A stretch of 56,332 nucleotides of DNA, from positions 14,931,750 to 14,988,081 of the forward strand of contig NC_068996.1 of assembly GCF_001194135.2 (NCBI RefSeq), in the 5' to 3' direction. Under the pieces are notes generated by a model, which did not search any database, was not told the origin of the DNA, and saw nothing but the letters and a program-made list of their open reading frames with translations. The position numbers and the translations under genes were made by a program. The stretch is from Octopus bimaculoides. Lineage: Eukaryota. The first letter of the stretch is position 1. Each line of letters starts with the position of its first letter. Of this stretch, positions 13,176-25,020 are shown piece by piece.

Positions 13176-13694
13176 TGCGCATCATATACGTTCATACGTA
13201 TCTGGAGATGTAATTGTGTGTGTGTGTGTCAGTGTGTGAGTGCGTCTTTGTGTGCGTACAAATGGCTAAGTATAAAAATAAAAGAACAAAGGGGATGTAA
13301 AAATTAACCGAAAAATGTAAGAAAGATAAACACTGAAGTATATAATTTGTATCGGAAGTAGTCAATTTGCTTTCAAGCATTTGTTTTACCTCCTACACCG
13401 CCTCTTCTTTTTTTCTTTTTTCTTTTTTCGCTTTTCAAACACATGTATTTGCGCTTGCGCGTTTGTGTATGTGAGTTTGAATATGTGTGCATGTGTGCGT
13501 GTGTGTGTGTGTGTGTCTTTTATTCGTGCCCTGAATATATGGGACAAGCTGTTCCAGTTTTCCTTACATTCGCAAGAAACAAAAGAATGTGACAGACAGG
13601 CAAAACGGATGATGAGGACTTACGCATGCGCACATCCATTTACATTCTGATATATGTACACGTGTATGCATACATACATACATACATACATACG

Positions 13695-13727
<33 letters not shown>

Positions 13728-14107
13728 NNNNNNNNNNNNNNNNNNNNNNNNNNNNNNNNNNNNNNNNNNNNNNNNNNNNNNNNNNNNNNNNNNNNNNNNN
13801 NNNNNNNNNNNNNNNNNNNNNNNNNNNNNNNNNNNNNNNNNNNNNNNNNNNNNNNNNNNNNNNNNNNNNNNNNNNNNNNNNNNNNNNNNNNNNNNNNNNN
13901 NNNNNNNNNNNNNNNNNNNNNNNNNNNNNNNNNNNNNNNNNNNNNNNNNNNNNNNNNNNNNNNNNNNNNNNNNNNNNNNNNNNNNNNNNNNNNNNNNNNN
14001 NNNNNNNNNNNNNNNNNNNNNNNNNNNNNNNNNNNNNNNNNNNNNNNNNNNNNNNNNNNNNNNNNNNNNNNNNNNNNNNNNNNNNNNNNNNNNNNNNNNN
14101 NNNNNNN

Positions 14108-14166
<59 letters not shown>

Positions 14167-14167
14167 C

Positions 14168-14299
14168 ACGACGGTCTTCTTCCAGCTTCCGTCTTCCAAA
14201 TCCACTCGCAAAGTTTTGGTCGGCCCAAGACTATAGCAGAAGGCACCTAACGGAATCATATGGTTGGGAAGCAAGCTTCTTACCACACAGCTACGCCTG
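14168..14299 (-). mobile_element. SINE A/B, 5' (A) half, internally deleted
   Basis: Reverse complement of the A body and head; its 3' side runs into (TA)n(CA)n and gap 13728-14107. Confidence 0.8.
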
Positions 14300-14439
14300 G
14301 GAATATTCTGTCGAATAGGACACCCAAGTAACCATTAATAGACGTGAATAATTAGGAATGCACTCTCACACAAACACACATGTATATACATGTAAATATA
14401 TATATATATATATACACACATATATATTTTTAAATATAT

Positions 14440-14610
14440 ATAGGGAGAATTCACAAAAAAAAACAACAAACGAAGACAGGTGGTGTAGAAAACAAATAGA
14501 TGTATTAGTATAATGCTCGGGAATTGAAAAAGTCTTTAACGTTTCGAGCCTACGCTCTTGCATAGGAAGGAACACAGAAAGAAACAAGGAGAGAAAAAAA
14601 TGTGTGTAGT
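14440..14610 (-). mobile_element. Family H repeat, copy 2 (hammerhead-like motif)
   Basis: agtctttaacgtttcgagcctacgctcttgcataggaaggaacac plus the shared flanks. Confidence 0.75.
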
Positions 14611-15189
14611 GGTCAGCGATCTATATATACCCACACACACACATACACGCACTCACTCACACAACATACCCACACACATTCATACACATACACACACATA
14701 TATATATATGTACAAAGTCGTAAAATTTTGATGGATGTTTTTAATTTACATCACTTTAGGTAGGAAGTTTGTATGAAAAAGAAACTAGGGGCGCTTTCGG
14801 GTGTAACAGCATCAAATCAATAGGGGCCAGGTTTTAGCAAGTCCAACTACGGGAGGTGACGTTAGAACAGTTGTACACTCAGGGCACCCAGCCGGGAACA
14901 CTTTGTCCTAATCTCATTCTGTAATGTTTTTGTTGTTGTTTAATACATATTTGATGCTTTCTTATGTTCATTTATTGTTCAGTAGGTGTTTTGCCTGTGA
15001 TACGACATCATAATCGAAGTTCATTTAGATGACATTATGCGTTTAATTCAATTCCTTCGTTTAGCTGTCATGATTTTCGCTTACCTCAATCCACGTACGT
15101 CGACGCGAAATTATGGAGGAAGATATTCTATCAAGATGCTGTTTCAGGTTATTGAACCCAATATACTCACATTCGCAACGATTATCTAC

Positions 15190-15222
15190 TTCTAAGGCAC
15201 ACTGACTCACGCTACACACATT

Positions 15223-15282
<60 letters not shown>

Positions 15283-15790
15283 AACATACGCATACGCACG
15301 CTGACATAGAAACCTCATACACATGCACACACTCACCCACACACACACAAACACACACACACACAGACGCACACGCACACTCATACACTCATACAGAAAC
15401 CTCATACACATGCACACACAGGTACATGCAGGCACACATTCATACACACATTTATACACACACTTATATACATACACACATACAAACAAGCATTCACATA
15501 CATTCCCGCCTCACTTACACATGAGCAAATACACACACACACATACAGCCCTATACACACACACACTCACACACGCGCGCACGCATACACATATGCTATT
15601 TACACACATACACATGCACACACTCATATACATGCACACATACACACCACATAGATATACATGTACACATTGCACCCTCCCCCTCACACACAAGCACAGA
15701 AACACACACATAAATACACATATGCACAAAGACGTGCAGAAACATAAACAGTACACTACTGTCGAACAAACACACACACAGAGTTTTATA
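15190..15790. repeat. Degenerate (CA)n-rich low-complexity tract
   Basis: About 600 bp of CA/CATA variants, with an internal duplication of agaaacctcatacacatgcacac. Confidence 0.9.
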
Positions 15791-16692
15791 TGTACGCAGA
15801 ACGTAAAAAAATTACACATATAAAACAGAGATAGACTCGTAAGCCGACTGACAATTATTTCAATAATAACTCTGCGTCAAAGCATTAACATTTCCAATCT
15901 AAGCTTAGAACAGACCGGATTAAAACTTCCAAAGATAATTAACGGGTGACTGCTTGTAAATAAATAACACGACAGTTGTTATGATATAATGTTACACATT
16001 AATAATATTATAATGGACGGCTGTTGGTAGTTTCGTTTCTGTTTTACTTTTATTTAATTTTTTTACCATTTTATCAGATTTACGAAAGAGAAAACATGTT
16101 TATATATATATTCTCTATTAACAACCAAACCGAATCCTGTATATATTTTCAAAATTCTATTGAAATTTTTTTTTTTAATACAAAGCGTCAAAAATAATTG
16201 ACCAAGTAAAATATATATTAAAAAAAGAAGCATAAATGACAAAAAAATATCGGACATTATTAGGTGCACAACGATACGTATGCGTTTTATGGAACCGGGA
16301 ATGGTACAAGAGGGAAAAGATGGGTGTGTCTGTGTTATAAATTAGCTGTCAATTAGCAGAGAGAAAGCAATGGTTGTGAAATGCTGTGAAGTGAAAGTCT
16401 TTTATTCCGAGTCTATTTATTGGAAAGACCAACGTTCCTGCGTTCCTAGTGAACAGGATTGGATCCTATTAGATCTGTTAGAGCCTCATTAGAAAGTTTA
16501 AAGAATCGATGCCTGTCACAAGTTTTCCCAACATTAATGATTAAAATGTTCCAAACCGATGATGTCAGTCTCTCTGTTTCTTTCTCTCCCCCCGTCTCTC
16601 TCCGTCTCTTTCTCCCTCCTCTCCCCCCCTCTCTCTCTCTGCTGAGCAAGTCACACTGATTTCTCTACGACATTAATACCGTGATTCAAATA

Positions 16693-16860
16693 GGCGCAAG
16701 CGTAGCTGTGTTGTAAGAAGTGTATATCCAAAGCCACATGGTTCCGGGTTCAGTCCCACTGCATGACTCCTTGGACAGATGTCTTCTACAACAGCCTAGG
16801 GCCGACCAAAACCTTGTGAGTGGAATTGGTTGACGGAAGCTAAAAGAAATCCGTCGAATA
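16693..16860 (+). mobile_element. SINE A/B, 5' (A) half
   Basis: ggcgcaagcgtagctgtgttgtaag...ggttccgggttcagtcccactgc...gccgaccaaaaccttgtgagtgga...ccgtcg. Confidence 0.85.
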
Positions 16861-16880
16861 TGCATATGTGTGTGTGTGTG

Positions 16881-17033
16881 TAGTTGAAATTTACAGAAAA
16901 ACAAAAGACGAAGTCAGGTGTATTAGTTTGACGCTCAGGAAGATGAGAAAGTCTTTTACGTTTCGAACTTACGCTCTGCAACAGAAACGAACACGAGGAA
17001 ACAAGCAGAGACAGAATAAAAAAGCAGCTTGTG
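16881..17033 (-). mobile_element. Family H repeat, copy 3 (hammerhead-like motif)
   Basis: tagttgaaatttacagaaaaacaaaagacg...gtcttttacgtttcgaacttacgctctgcaacagaaacg. Confidence 0.8.
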
Positions 17034-17035
17034 GA

Positions 17036-17665
17036 TTTTGTGCTAACCTCTATGATGGTACATACCTTTGCCCCTCTATCTCAAACAACAACATCCGGCC
17101 TGTTATGCTTACATCTAACATACGTTTTCATGGGAATATTCCAACAGTATTCCTTGAATTGGTGTTTATGAATGTATTCCATACCAGAGGGATTCTCTAA
17201 GTTTATTTCAGGACAGTCATTTTTGCGGATGGCATTGTAAATTTTTTTAGCGACAACATCGTGCCGCATAGGGAGGTAGTCACGTGACGACATTTTAGGA
17301 CAGCTGCTAATCACATGCGTGATGTCTACCACAGAAACATGACATAGCCTACACATGCCGTTGCACCTCATGGATTACAAGAGCGTCGCTCTGTCTCTTG
17401 TTCACCAGGTATTTTGTGGCAATCTCCTGTTCCTGGATTGCAAACGCATAGCCTTCAAAGTGTGATGTGATATAGTGGTCTTGTGTCCAAGAGAGGTTGC
17501 GCTTCGTATCGATTCTGCTGTCTTCTTCAAGTTTCCGGGCAACATACCCATGCATGGTCTTTTATTTTTGTATGCTGAATGCTTTTCATGCAGGTCTTCT
17601 CTGAGGTAAGAGAGCCCAGCTCTTCTGGGGTTGTATAGGAGATCATCAGGAAGAGAGTGTTTCTG
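17036..17665 (-). mobile_element. Non-LTR retrotransposon fragment, REL-endonuclease type (R4/Dong-like), 3' part of ORF
   Basis: Frameshifted translation MHGY...EGYAFAIQEQEIAT...CRLC..ITHVISSC..RHDVVAKKIY...KHNRPDVVV*DRGAKVCTIIEVS: CCHC knuckle, RHD motif and PD-(D/E)xK endonuclease. Confidence 0.88.
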
Positions 17666-18174
17666 GTATGTGCGTACGTACATACGTATGTATGTATGTA
17701 TGTATGTATGTATGTCATTTAGTTTATTTCAAGATTTGTTGCCAATAGAGAAAGAGCTGGTTTCTAACCTAGATCCAAGGCTCCTTCATTGGTATTTCAA
17801 CATCAACAGCAGAGTACTTTTGTCTGTCTGTCTGTATGTATGTATGTATGTATGCACGTACGTATTTTTTTATGTATGTATGTATGTATGCATGCACATT
17901 CACCTTTCTTCAAAATGGCATTGCGAAAATGCCATTCATCTTTATCACAGAGACAGAACTATGTGTGATGTGTGGCATCAATTTCCATGCCAAGAAATAG
18001 TGAAAGTGTACTAGTAAAAGACAGAACACAATAAGAAATAAATATTCTTAATTCAAATCAATATGGTAATTATAGAATCTATATCCCATCATTGCATTTG
18101 CAATCAGTAGAGCTTAAATAATTCATAACCATTTCTATTAAAAAAAATTTATTGTTTTCTCATACAAGTAACGT

Positions 18175-18340
18175 CGCTTGGTCTATTTGTTAGGTGTGCT
18201 TCACTCACAACATTACGATCATAGTTTCGATTCCTGGAACGGGCACTGCGTTGAGCAAAACTCTTCCTTTCGTGTTGCGCCAGTTCACCCAACTATAAGT
18301 GAGTCATTCTTGGATGAAATGACGTCCCGTTCAGGGGTCA
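18175..18340 (+). mobile_element. Old SINE, family G
   Basis: Degenerate B box (gtttcgattcctgg), then gagcaaaac..cctttc.tgttgcgccagttcac..; similar to 22356-22565. Confidence 0.45.
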
Positions 18341-18579
18341 TGCTGTAATCACTATCACTTCAGTGCTTAAGTACCAATCTTGAGAAAACTGTGTAACCAG
18401 TCATAGAAGTATTAGAACACGAAGCAGTAACTTACCACCTTAGTCATAAATACCTAGTTTTTTTAGTTTTATACTAAATCAAAAATATTGTTTAACAAAC
18501 ACAGTTGAAGCAGGAACAAGAAAATTGGGATGCATTCTGAGATTTTCAGTAAGTACAAATAATATATTTTTCATATGTG

Positions 18580-18775
18580 TATCTTTTTACTTATCTACTT
18601 GCATCAGTCATGGGACTGCGGCCATACTAGGGTACTTCCTTGGCGGGCTTAATCGAACAAAGTGACAACGGTACTTGCTTATTTAAGCATGGCACTTATT
18701 CTATCGGTAGTTTTTGATGCACTGCTATGTTACGATGACATATACGAAACAACAAATGGTAGTGGGAACAAGCAC

Positions 18776-18815
<40 letters not shown>

Positions 18816-18956
18816 NNNNNNNNNNNNNNNNNNNNNNNNNNNNNNNNNNNNNNNNNNNNNNNNNNNNNNNNNNNNNNNNNNNNNNNNNNNNNNNNNNNNN
18901 NNNNNNNNNNNNNNNNNNNNNNNNNNNNNNNNNNNNNNNNNNNNNNNNNNNNNNNN

Positions 18957-18988
<32 letters not shown>

Positions 18989-19124
18989 GACGGAATTCCT
19001 GGCAGTTTCCTTCAACCAAATTCATTCACTAGGCAATGATCGGTTTGAGGCAATAGTAGAAGAAACTGAAGTCGAAACTACGTAGTTGCAATACGAGCCC
19101 CTCAACCACACAGTCATGCCTGCA
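18580..19124 (-). mobile_element. Bipartite SINE A/B with internal microsatellite and gap
   Basis: A half at 18985-19124, then (TA)n/gap/(CA)n, then the B half at 18580-18775 (gactgcggccat, acttattctatcgg), all on the minus strand. Confidence 0.7.
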
Positions 19125-19624
19125 TCTTTACGTCTTAAGACAGAGCATATTCATCCTCCGTCGGTGGATGACGGTCTTGCATCTGCACATGTCTCTGAGA
19201 AACGCAAGGTTGAATTCTTTTTTAGGAAGACATACATTTACTCATGCATGTAAATATCTCCTTACCATATCAACAATGTTTACCCAAACGAAAGGTTACC
19301 GACATTTTTGGTCAATACTGCTTGGCATCAATGTCATTGCAGAACGTAAAGAGCCGCACAAGGCATCTTTTGATAACTCTCTATTAATTCCGTCAAACTA
19401 CGCTCCGATAAGGTACGTCTTTTATTGGACTTTCAAAAACATGAAAAACAGATTTGACTTCAGCGGGATCTGAACTCAGAGCTCAGAGAGTCGGAACAAC
19501 GTCTGGGAGTCACTAATTTAATGTATCCAATACTGAACCGACTCTGCTTAATACACTGATGAAATAAACGATCAAAACGAATCAAAAATGAAAATAAAAA
19601 CAATGATATACAATAACAAGAGAC

Positions 19625-19825
19625 TCTCTTGGTCGTCAAACCTGCTAGAAATAACAAACTCATTTCTTTCGAATTCCTGTCTACTACTGTCTTTAAGACG
19701 ATACCTTTGATTGATATAATTCTAGAGATATTCATCTGAAAACAAGTCAAAAGAAGCAAATGTTAAGCGGATTGGTCACGGTTGGAATGTTTTTTCATTA
19801 CAGATCTGTTTGACAGATGTTAATA
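19625..19825 (+). repeat. Unclassified dispersed repeat (family D)
   Basis: ggtcgtcaaacctgctagaaata...ggtcacggttggaatg is shared with 52040-52225 and partly with 20870-20960. Confidence 0.4.
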
Positions 19826-19909
19826 AGAAAAGCAGCTTCTTCTAAATCCATTGATATACATTGGAATAACATCTGATATTGTTCCAAAAAATAACTGGTG
19901 TCACTTATA

Positions 19910-20800
19910 CAGGATGGGGTAAAGAAGACAAACGTTTTTGAAATGGATATTACTCATCCCCAGCGGGAGGGATATATATTCGTCAGGTAGCATTTGGTCC
20001 GTGGTTTCTTAGCATGTTTTTTTACAGGTAAAGCCATGGTGCTGTGGACGATAGAACATTGCGTGTTTGCCTACGAAAGTCACATGAAGAATAAGTTACA
20101 TTAGTTCAGTGTGAGTTTTGGCGCCACTTCAACATTCACCGAAATCAGGCTGTTCTCACCCGTAACACACCATTACGTTAGATGAATGCACTTTGTACAC
20201 GAATTACACTAATGAATAGGAGACTGCTGGGGTCGACACAAACGGTACGGACCCCGGACAATGTGGGACGCGTCAGACAAGCTTTGATACGGAGTTCGAA
20301 TCGCTCTGCTCGGAAGCATTCTACTGAACCTGACATCGGTAATCGATAGGTAAGGCGTATTTTTCTTGAAGACCTGCATTTCCACCTTGCCCACACAACC
20401 AGAGCAGCAATGGACAGATTCGCCCTCTCTTTGGTGACCGCCTCATTTCCAGGTTTGCTGATATTCCTTGGCCCTCTCGGTCCCCGGTTTGCCCATGTGT
20501 GCTTATTTCTAGGCACGTGTGCATAACTCCCGTACATTGGACGATTTGAAGAAAGCTATTCGCGTGGAAGTCGCCCTAATCAACAGAGCAATACTGGAAA
20601 AAGTGGAGGCCAACTTCCAGGAACGCCTTCAGAAATGCATTATGAAAATGGACACCACATGATAGCTGTTGTTTTTTACACTTGATTTTGACAAATGCTA
20701 ATTCAATTCAAACACATTGATATCAATAAAATTTGTTTGTAGAAAGAATTAATGATTTTGTGAATTTTTCATAAACGTCTGTCCTCTCTGCTCTACCTTG
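19910..20800 (+). mobile_element. Tc1/mariner-superfamily transposon, internal deletion derivative
   Basis: TA-flanked TIRs caggatggggtaaagaagacaaacg / cgtctgtcctctctgctctaccttg. From ATG 20036: MVLWTIEHCVFAYES..FNIHRNQAV..VRTPDNVGRVRQAL..EDLHFH, joined directly to ..ADIPWPSRSP..LDDLKKAIRVEVALI..FQERLQKC. Confidence 0.88.
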
Positions 20801-20999
20801 TATATCTTTCAAGTTAGAATAGAGGAGACCTTTGTAATTAACGCCGTCCCACATAAGTTGGTCCAAGAATAAACGACAAGATGGTCATAGTTGGAATAGT
20901 TTCAATCATTAGGTATGATTAGTCAGCGTTGAATTGGATACGAGCAACAGAACATTAACAACAATATCTCTCGACAGAGAATTTAAAATGTATGTGAGC

Positions 21000-23700
21000 T
21001 CTCTGTGAGCTTTAATGTAATTATGTACGAAGCTTAAGAAGCATAGGACACAGAGTCCTGTTCTTTGAAAAGATAAACTGCCAATAAAAAATATCTTACT
21101 TCATATTTGTTGTGGCTCTGAAAATAATAAATGGCTTTAATGAATGGCGATTCAAAGAACAAATCAAAGGTTCATCTTAATGTGGTTGCTAGAGGTGCAA
21201 GAAAGCAGCCAAACCTCACTTGAATTACATCGTAATGTTCAATACCAATAACAGAGAAACATTGAATAATGTAGTCTAAAAATAATGGAAAAGCGAACCA
21301 GATTGGTTGCGGCTGGTGAACCTTATATACCAAGTCTGCTCCATCGAGCTGAGCTGGGGCAAATAGCAACACTCTTGGAATGTTAGCACATATTGTACAT
21401 GAATGACAACCATACATAACAAACACAAGTTCTTAAACTTATCCCTTCAAAGAGCACAGAGATACAAGACGAAAACTAAAATTTAGCCATTAGTGAATAC
21501 ATGAAGATTCATAATAAACAGGAACAAAAATAAAAACATCCCAGAAACATCCATCTAAATACCTTTTATCAGCAACAATATTTTTTTGACCTCTCACATG
21601 AAAATAAACGGAATAAAACACTAGTTCCACTAATTTAATCACAGGGGAATTTATGAAAGGAAATAGAAGAAAATCAATAAAGATCTCACGAAGTTATGAA
21701 TCATCAAATATCTACAGGAAATAATAACCGAATTATTTCTAGACAAAGAAACCGGGGAAACATCAACAGGCTAAATGACCTAATCTATGCAGTTTCCATC
21801 GAGTTTGGTGCTATTAAGATACTTCAAAAATAAATAAATATAAATAAACAAAATACGTTATATAGGAAATTCGCTAAACAAAATTGGAAAAAATAATGTG
21901 ATAAATTGAGTCTTAGCCAAGAAACAAAAAAACGGGATGTAATGTGAAAAAAAAAGTGGTAAACGAATCAAATAGTAAATGAAATATAACATTAAACAGT
22001 CAAGGTATTTTGGAAGTAAAAGAAAGGCATAATACAGAAGAATCAAGCCACATAAGACGCTACGTAAAAAATAGAACACTGTTGTTGGTGCTTCTTTTAT
22101 GGTTACTAACCATTTGAAATCATTACCAAACAAATCTTTAGAAACAGAAAAACAGAATAGCATAGGTGATACATTAACACCAAAAAAATCCAAACATATT
22201 TGATGTTCATTTTGAAAGAAAAAAAAGACATTCAGTACAATCAATGATCATAAGTCATTAGAATTATAAATGGAAATGGAATGTGACACTATAGATATGG
22301 CCCAGAATAACGAGTTGGGTATTTAACAATATCATAAAGTTTGTTACCAAGCAAAGGAGCGTGACGTAGTGGATAGGGTTTTGTATACACAATCACAGAC
22401 CAGGCGAAGTGTTGTCTCCTTGAGTAAAACACTTCCTTTCACGTTGCTCCAATCTACTCAGCTGTATATGGCTTCCAGTAATTGCTGGGAAGTTAACCCT
22501 GCGACAGACCAGTGTTCTGTTCAAGAAGAGTTGTTCTCTTAGTCACTTTTTTGTCATGGAGACAAATAGCTATACTGCTAAGCAGTATATGGAGACATAT
22601 CTATAGCAGTATAGATATATGGAGACATATATCTATATTGCTAAGCAGAAAGATTCCTGAATTGATAAAAATGTCCAGTAGTTAGCCACAATTTTTAATA
22701 AGTATTCTAAAATAAGAACTTATAAAGTGCGGATTATGGTAACGAAACATATCTGTCGTGTTTTTATTCAAATACACAAACAAGACTTGGTGTGAAGCAA
22801 TGTTCTTTGGGTGATATGCTGAAACTTTTATAAAGAAACTGGTAGAAGCAGGTACAACAACCAGTGTAAAAGAATAATCAGGTTATCATAATCTATGTCA
22901 TCCAAAGAATACTGAAACAAACACGAATAAAAGTCTATGAGTTGAAATAATTGAATAAAAACCATCAAAGTACAAGGATCAGAAGAGCGAACTGGATTGA
23001 GTTTTGGGCCACTAAAGTAACCACGAGAAAGCCATGATCTATTAGAGGCATATTAGTCAAGTGTGGTGAATAAACAAAATTCCGTGAAATGGCTGATTCA
23101 CAAATAGAAAAATAACTCTGACCTCAATGGAGAAATTCAGCAAATATAGGGCGACGAAATCAGTTACAAGCGTGGTACAGGAAAAGGTAATAGGTATATT
23201 GTAAGAATTACCACAATTCCTACAGTGTATATGAAAATTATCAGTTGTGTGCCATATTTTCTGAAATAACATATTACACTGTATCAGTATATCATACATT
23301 TACTAAAACAAAATATAAAAGAGGAGACAATAGTAAGCTGATTATATACACCTGAAAAATGTCCAGTTCCAACTGCTTCAACAAAAGCTTTCTGGTACTT
23401 ATATCAACCACCAGCGAGCTTAGAAAATGAGTATGTGAAAGTACTATGGTACTTTAGCGTAGAGAGACAATTACTCGGACATTAGATAACAACGTTGATA
23501 TATATCAAACAATGGTTATAAATTCTTGATACGTCAATATCAATTTACAATAATGCTGTGGAGAATATAAAGTAAAATTGAAGAATTGCACCGGCATAGC
23601 CACTGAAGAGTCAAAGAATACATCGATTACACTATCAATAATTGGTACAAAAATGTGAGAGATACACTGTTATTTCTATAAATATATTCACAAATAACTT
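21000..23700 (+). mobile_element. Heavily decayed R4-like REL LINE, interrupted by a SINE
   Basis: Best part is 23235-23620: YQLCAIFSEITYYTVSVYHTFTKTKYKRGD..FWYLYQPPASLENEYVKVLWYF (decayed knuckle and endonuclease linker). Weaker upstream hints are INRLNDLIYAV (~21765) and HIRRYVKNR (~22050). Boundaries are uncertain. Confidence 0.55.
22356..22565 (+). mobile_element. Old SINE, family G
   Basis: A-box-like gtgacgtagtggatagg; ccttgagtaaaacacttcctttcacgttgctccaatctactcagctgta...cctgcgacagaccagtg. Confidence 0.5.
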
Positions 23701-23959
23701 CTAAAGATAGACATTTACTAAAACCAAACAACGAGAGAAGACGGTGGAAATGAACTTAACTGAACTAGTTTTCACGCAATGACGGTGCTTCCGCTTAGCC
23801 ACAGCATTTTGGTGAAGATGCTGTAAAAGTCAGTAAAAGGTGATCTGTGTATGTGTGTGTGTGTATGTGAGAGAGAGAGAGGGAGACAGAGAGAGAGAGA
23901 GAGAGAGGGGGGGCAGACAGATAAAGTGAGAGTGTGTATGTGTGTGTGTGTGAGCGTCG

Positions 23960-24172
23960 GTCTTTGTCTCTGTGTTCGTCCTCCACTACCGCTTGCTAAG
24001 TATTGTTGGTGTGTCTGCATCCCTGTAACTTACCAGTTCGGCCAAAGATACTGATAGAATGAGTACCAGGCTTAAAAAAAGTACAGGGATCGATTCATTC
24101 AATTAAAAGTTCTGTAAGGCGTGCCAGCATGGCCGCAATGTAATAACAAAAAGAAGTAAAAGAATAAAAGAT
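23960..24172 (+). mobile_element. SINE A/B, 3' (B) half, preceded by GA/GT microsatellite
   Basis: ccctgtaacttaccagttcggc..gatagaatgagtaccaggctt..ccagcatggccgca..gtaaaagaataaaag. Confidence 0.75.
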
Positions 24173-24175
24173 ATA

Positions 24176-24268
24176 TGACGGGCTTCTTTCGGTTTCCGTC
24201 TAAAATTTCCACTCACAAGGCTTTAGTTGGCTTGAGGCTATAGTAGAAGACACCTGCCCAAGCTGCGT
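24176..24268 (-). mobile_element. SINE A fragment
   Basis: gacgggcttctttcggtttccgtc..ccactcacaaggcttt..gaggctatagtagaagacacctgcccaag. Confidence 0.8.
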
Positions 24269-24664
24269 GTCTTGTATTGATGAATAAGGTAATATTTAAA
24301 AAAGTTATTCATGTGTCTTCGTAAATGTGGAGCGATAGAGCTGAGGAAGGTACACTTGGTAATTTTAGTTAAATTATTTTTTTAATTGATTTATTTAATT
24401 TACAAGTTAAACACGAAACTATAGTATACTATTAACTCACAGTAATTTTGAAAATATTGTTTTGATGACAGCTCGTATTCATATCAAGGTGAATCATCGA
24501 TGCTTTTCGTTAAATCATCTGTTGTTCAACATGTACGGAAGTAGCCGAAGCTATCCCTTCCTCTCTTTATATCTGTATATTTAAATTTGCCGCCAGGCAG
24601 AAGAATGTTTAAATCTGATAAGGAAGCTTAGCTTTCTTTCACTCTTGTTATATATATATATATA

Positions 24665-24753
24665 TATACGACGGGCTTCTTTCAGTTTCCATCAACCAAG
24701 TCCACTCACCAAGCTTTGGTCAGCCTGAGGTTATAGCAGAAGCCCGTCGTATA
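24665..24753. mobile_element. Fold-back SINE A fragment with 16-bp terminal inverted repeats
   Basis: tatacgacgggcttct ... agaagcccgtcgtata enclose minus-strand A body sequence. Confidence 0.75.
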
Positions 24754-24789
24754 CATATATATGTTTGTCTGTCGCATATATATATATAT

Positions 24790-25020
24790 ATATATATGTG
24801 TTCGTGTGTGTGTGTGTGTGTGTGTGTCTGTGTGTGTGTGTGTGCGTCTTAGCGTGTGTGTTTGCTCGCAGGTGTGTATATATGTTTGCGTGCGTACGTG
24901 CGTGCGTACGTGCGTGCGTGCGTGCGTGCGTACGTGCGTGCGTGCGTGCGTACGTGCGTGCGTGTTTGCGTGTGAGTATATGTATGTGTTTGCTTGCTTG
25001 CGTACGCGCGCGTGTGTAAA
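24790..25020. repeat. (GT)n and (GCGT)n/(ACGT) microsatellite
   Basis: Directly visible. Confidence 0.92.
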
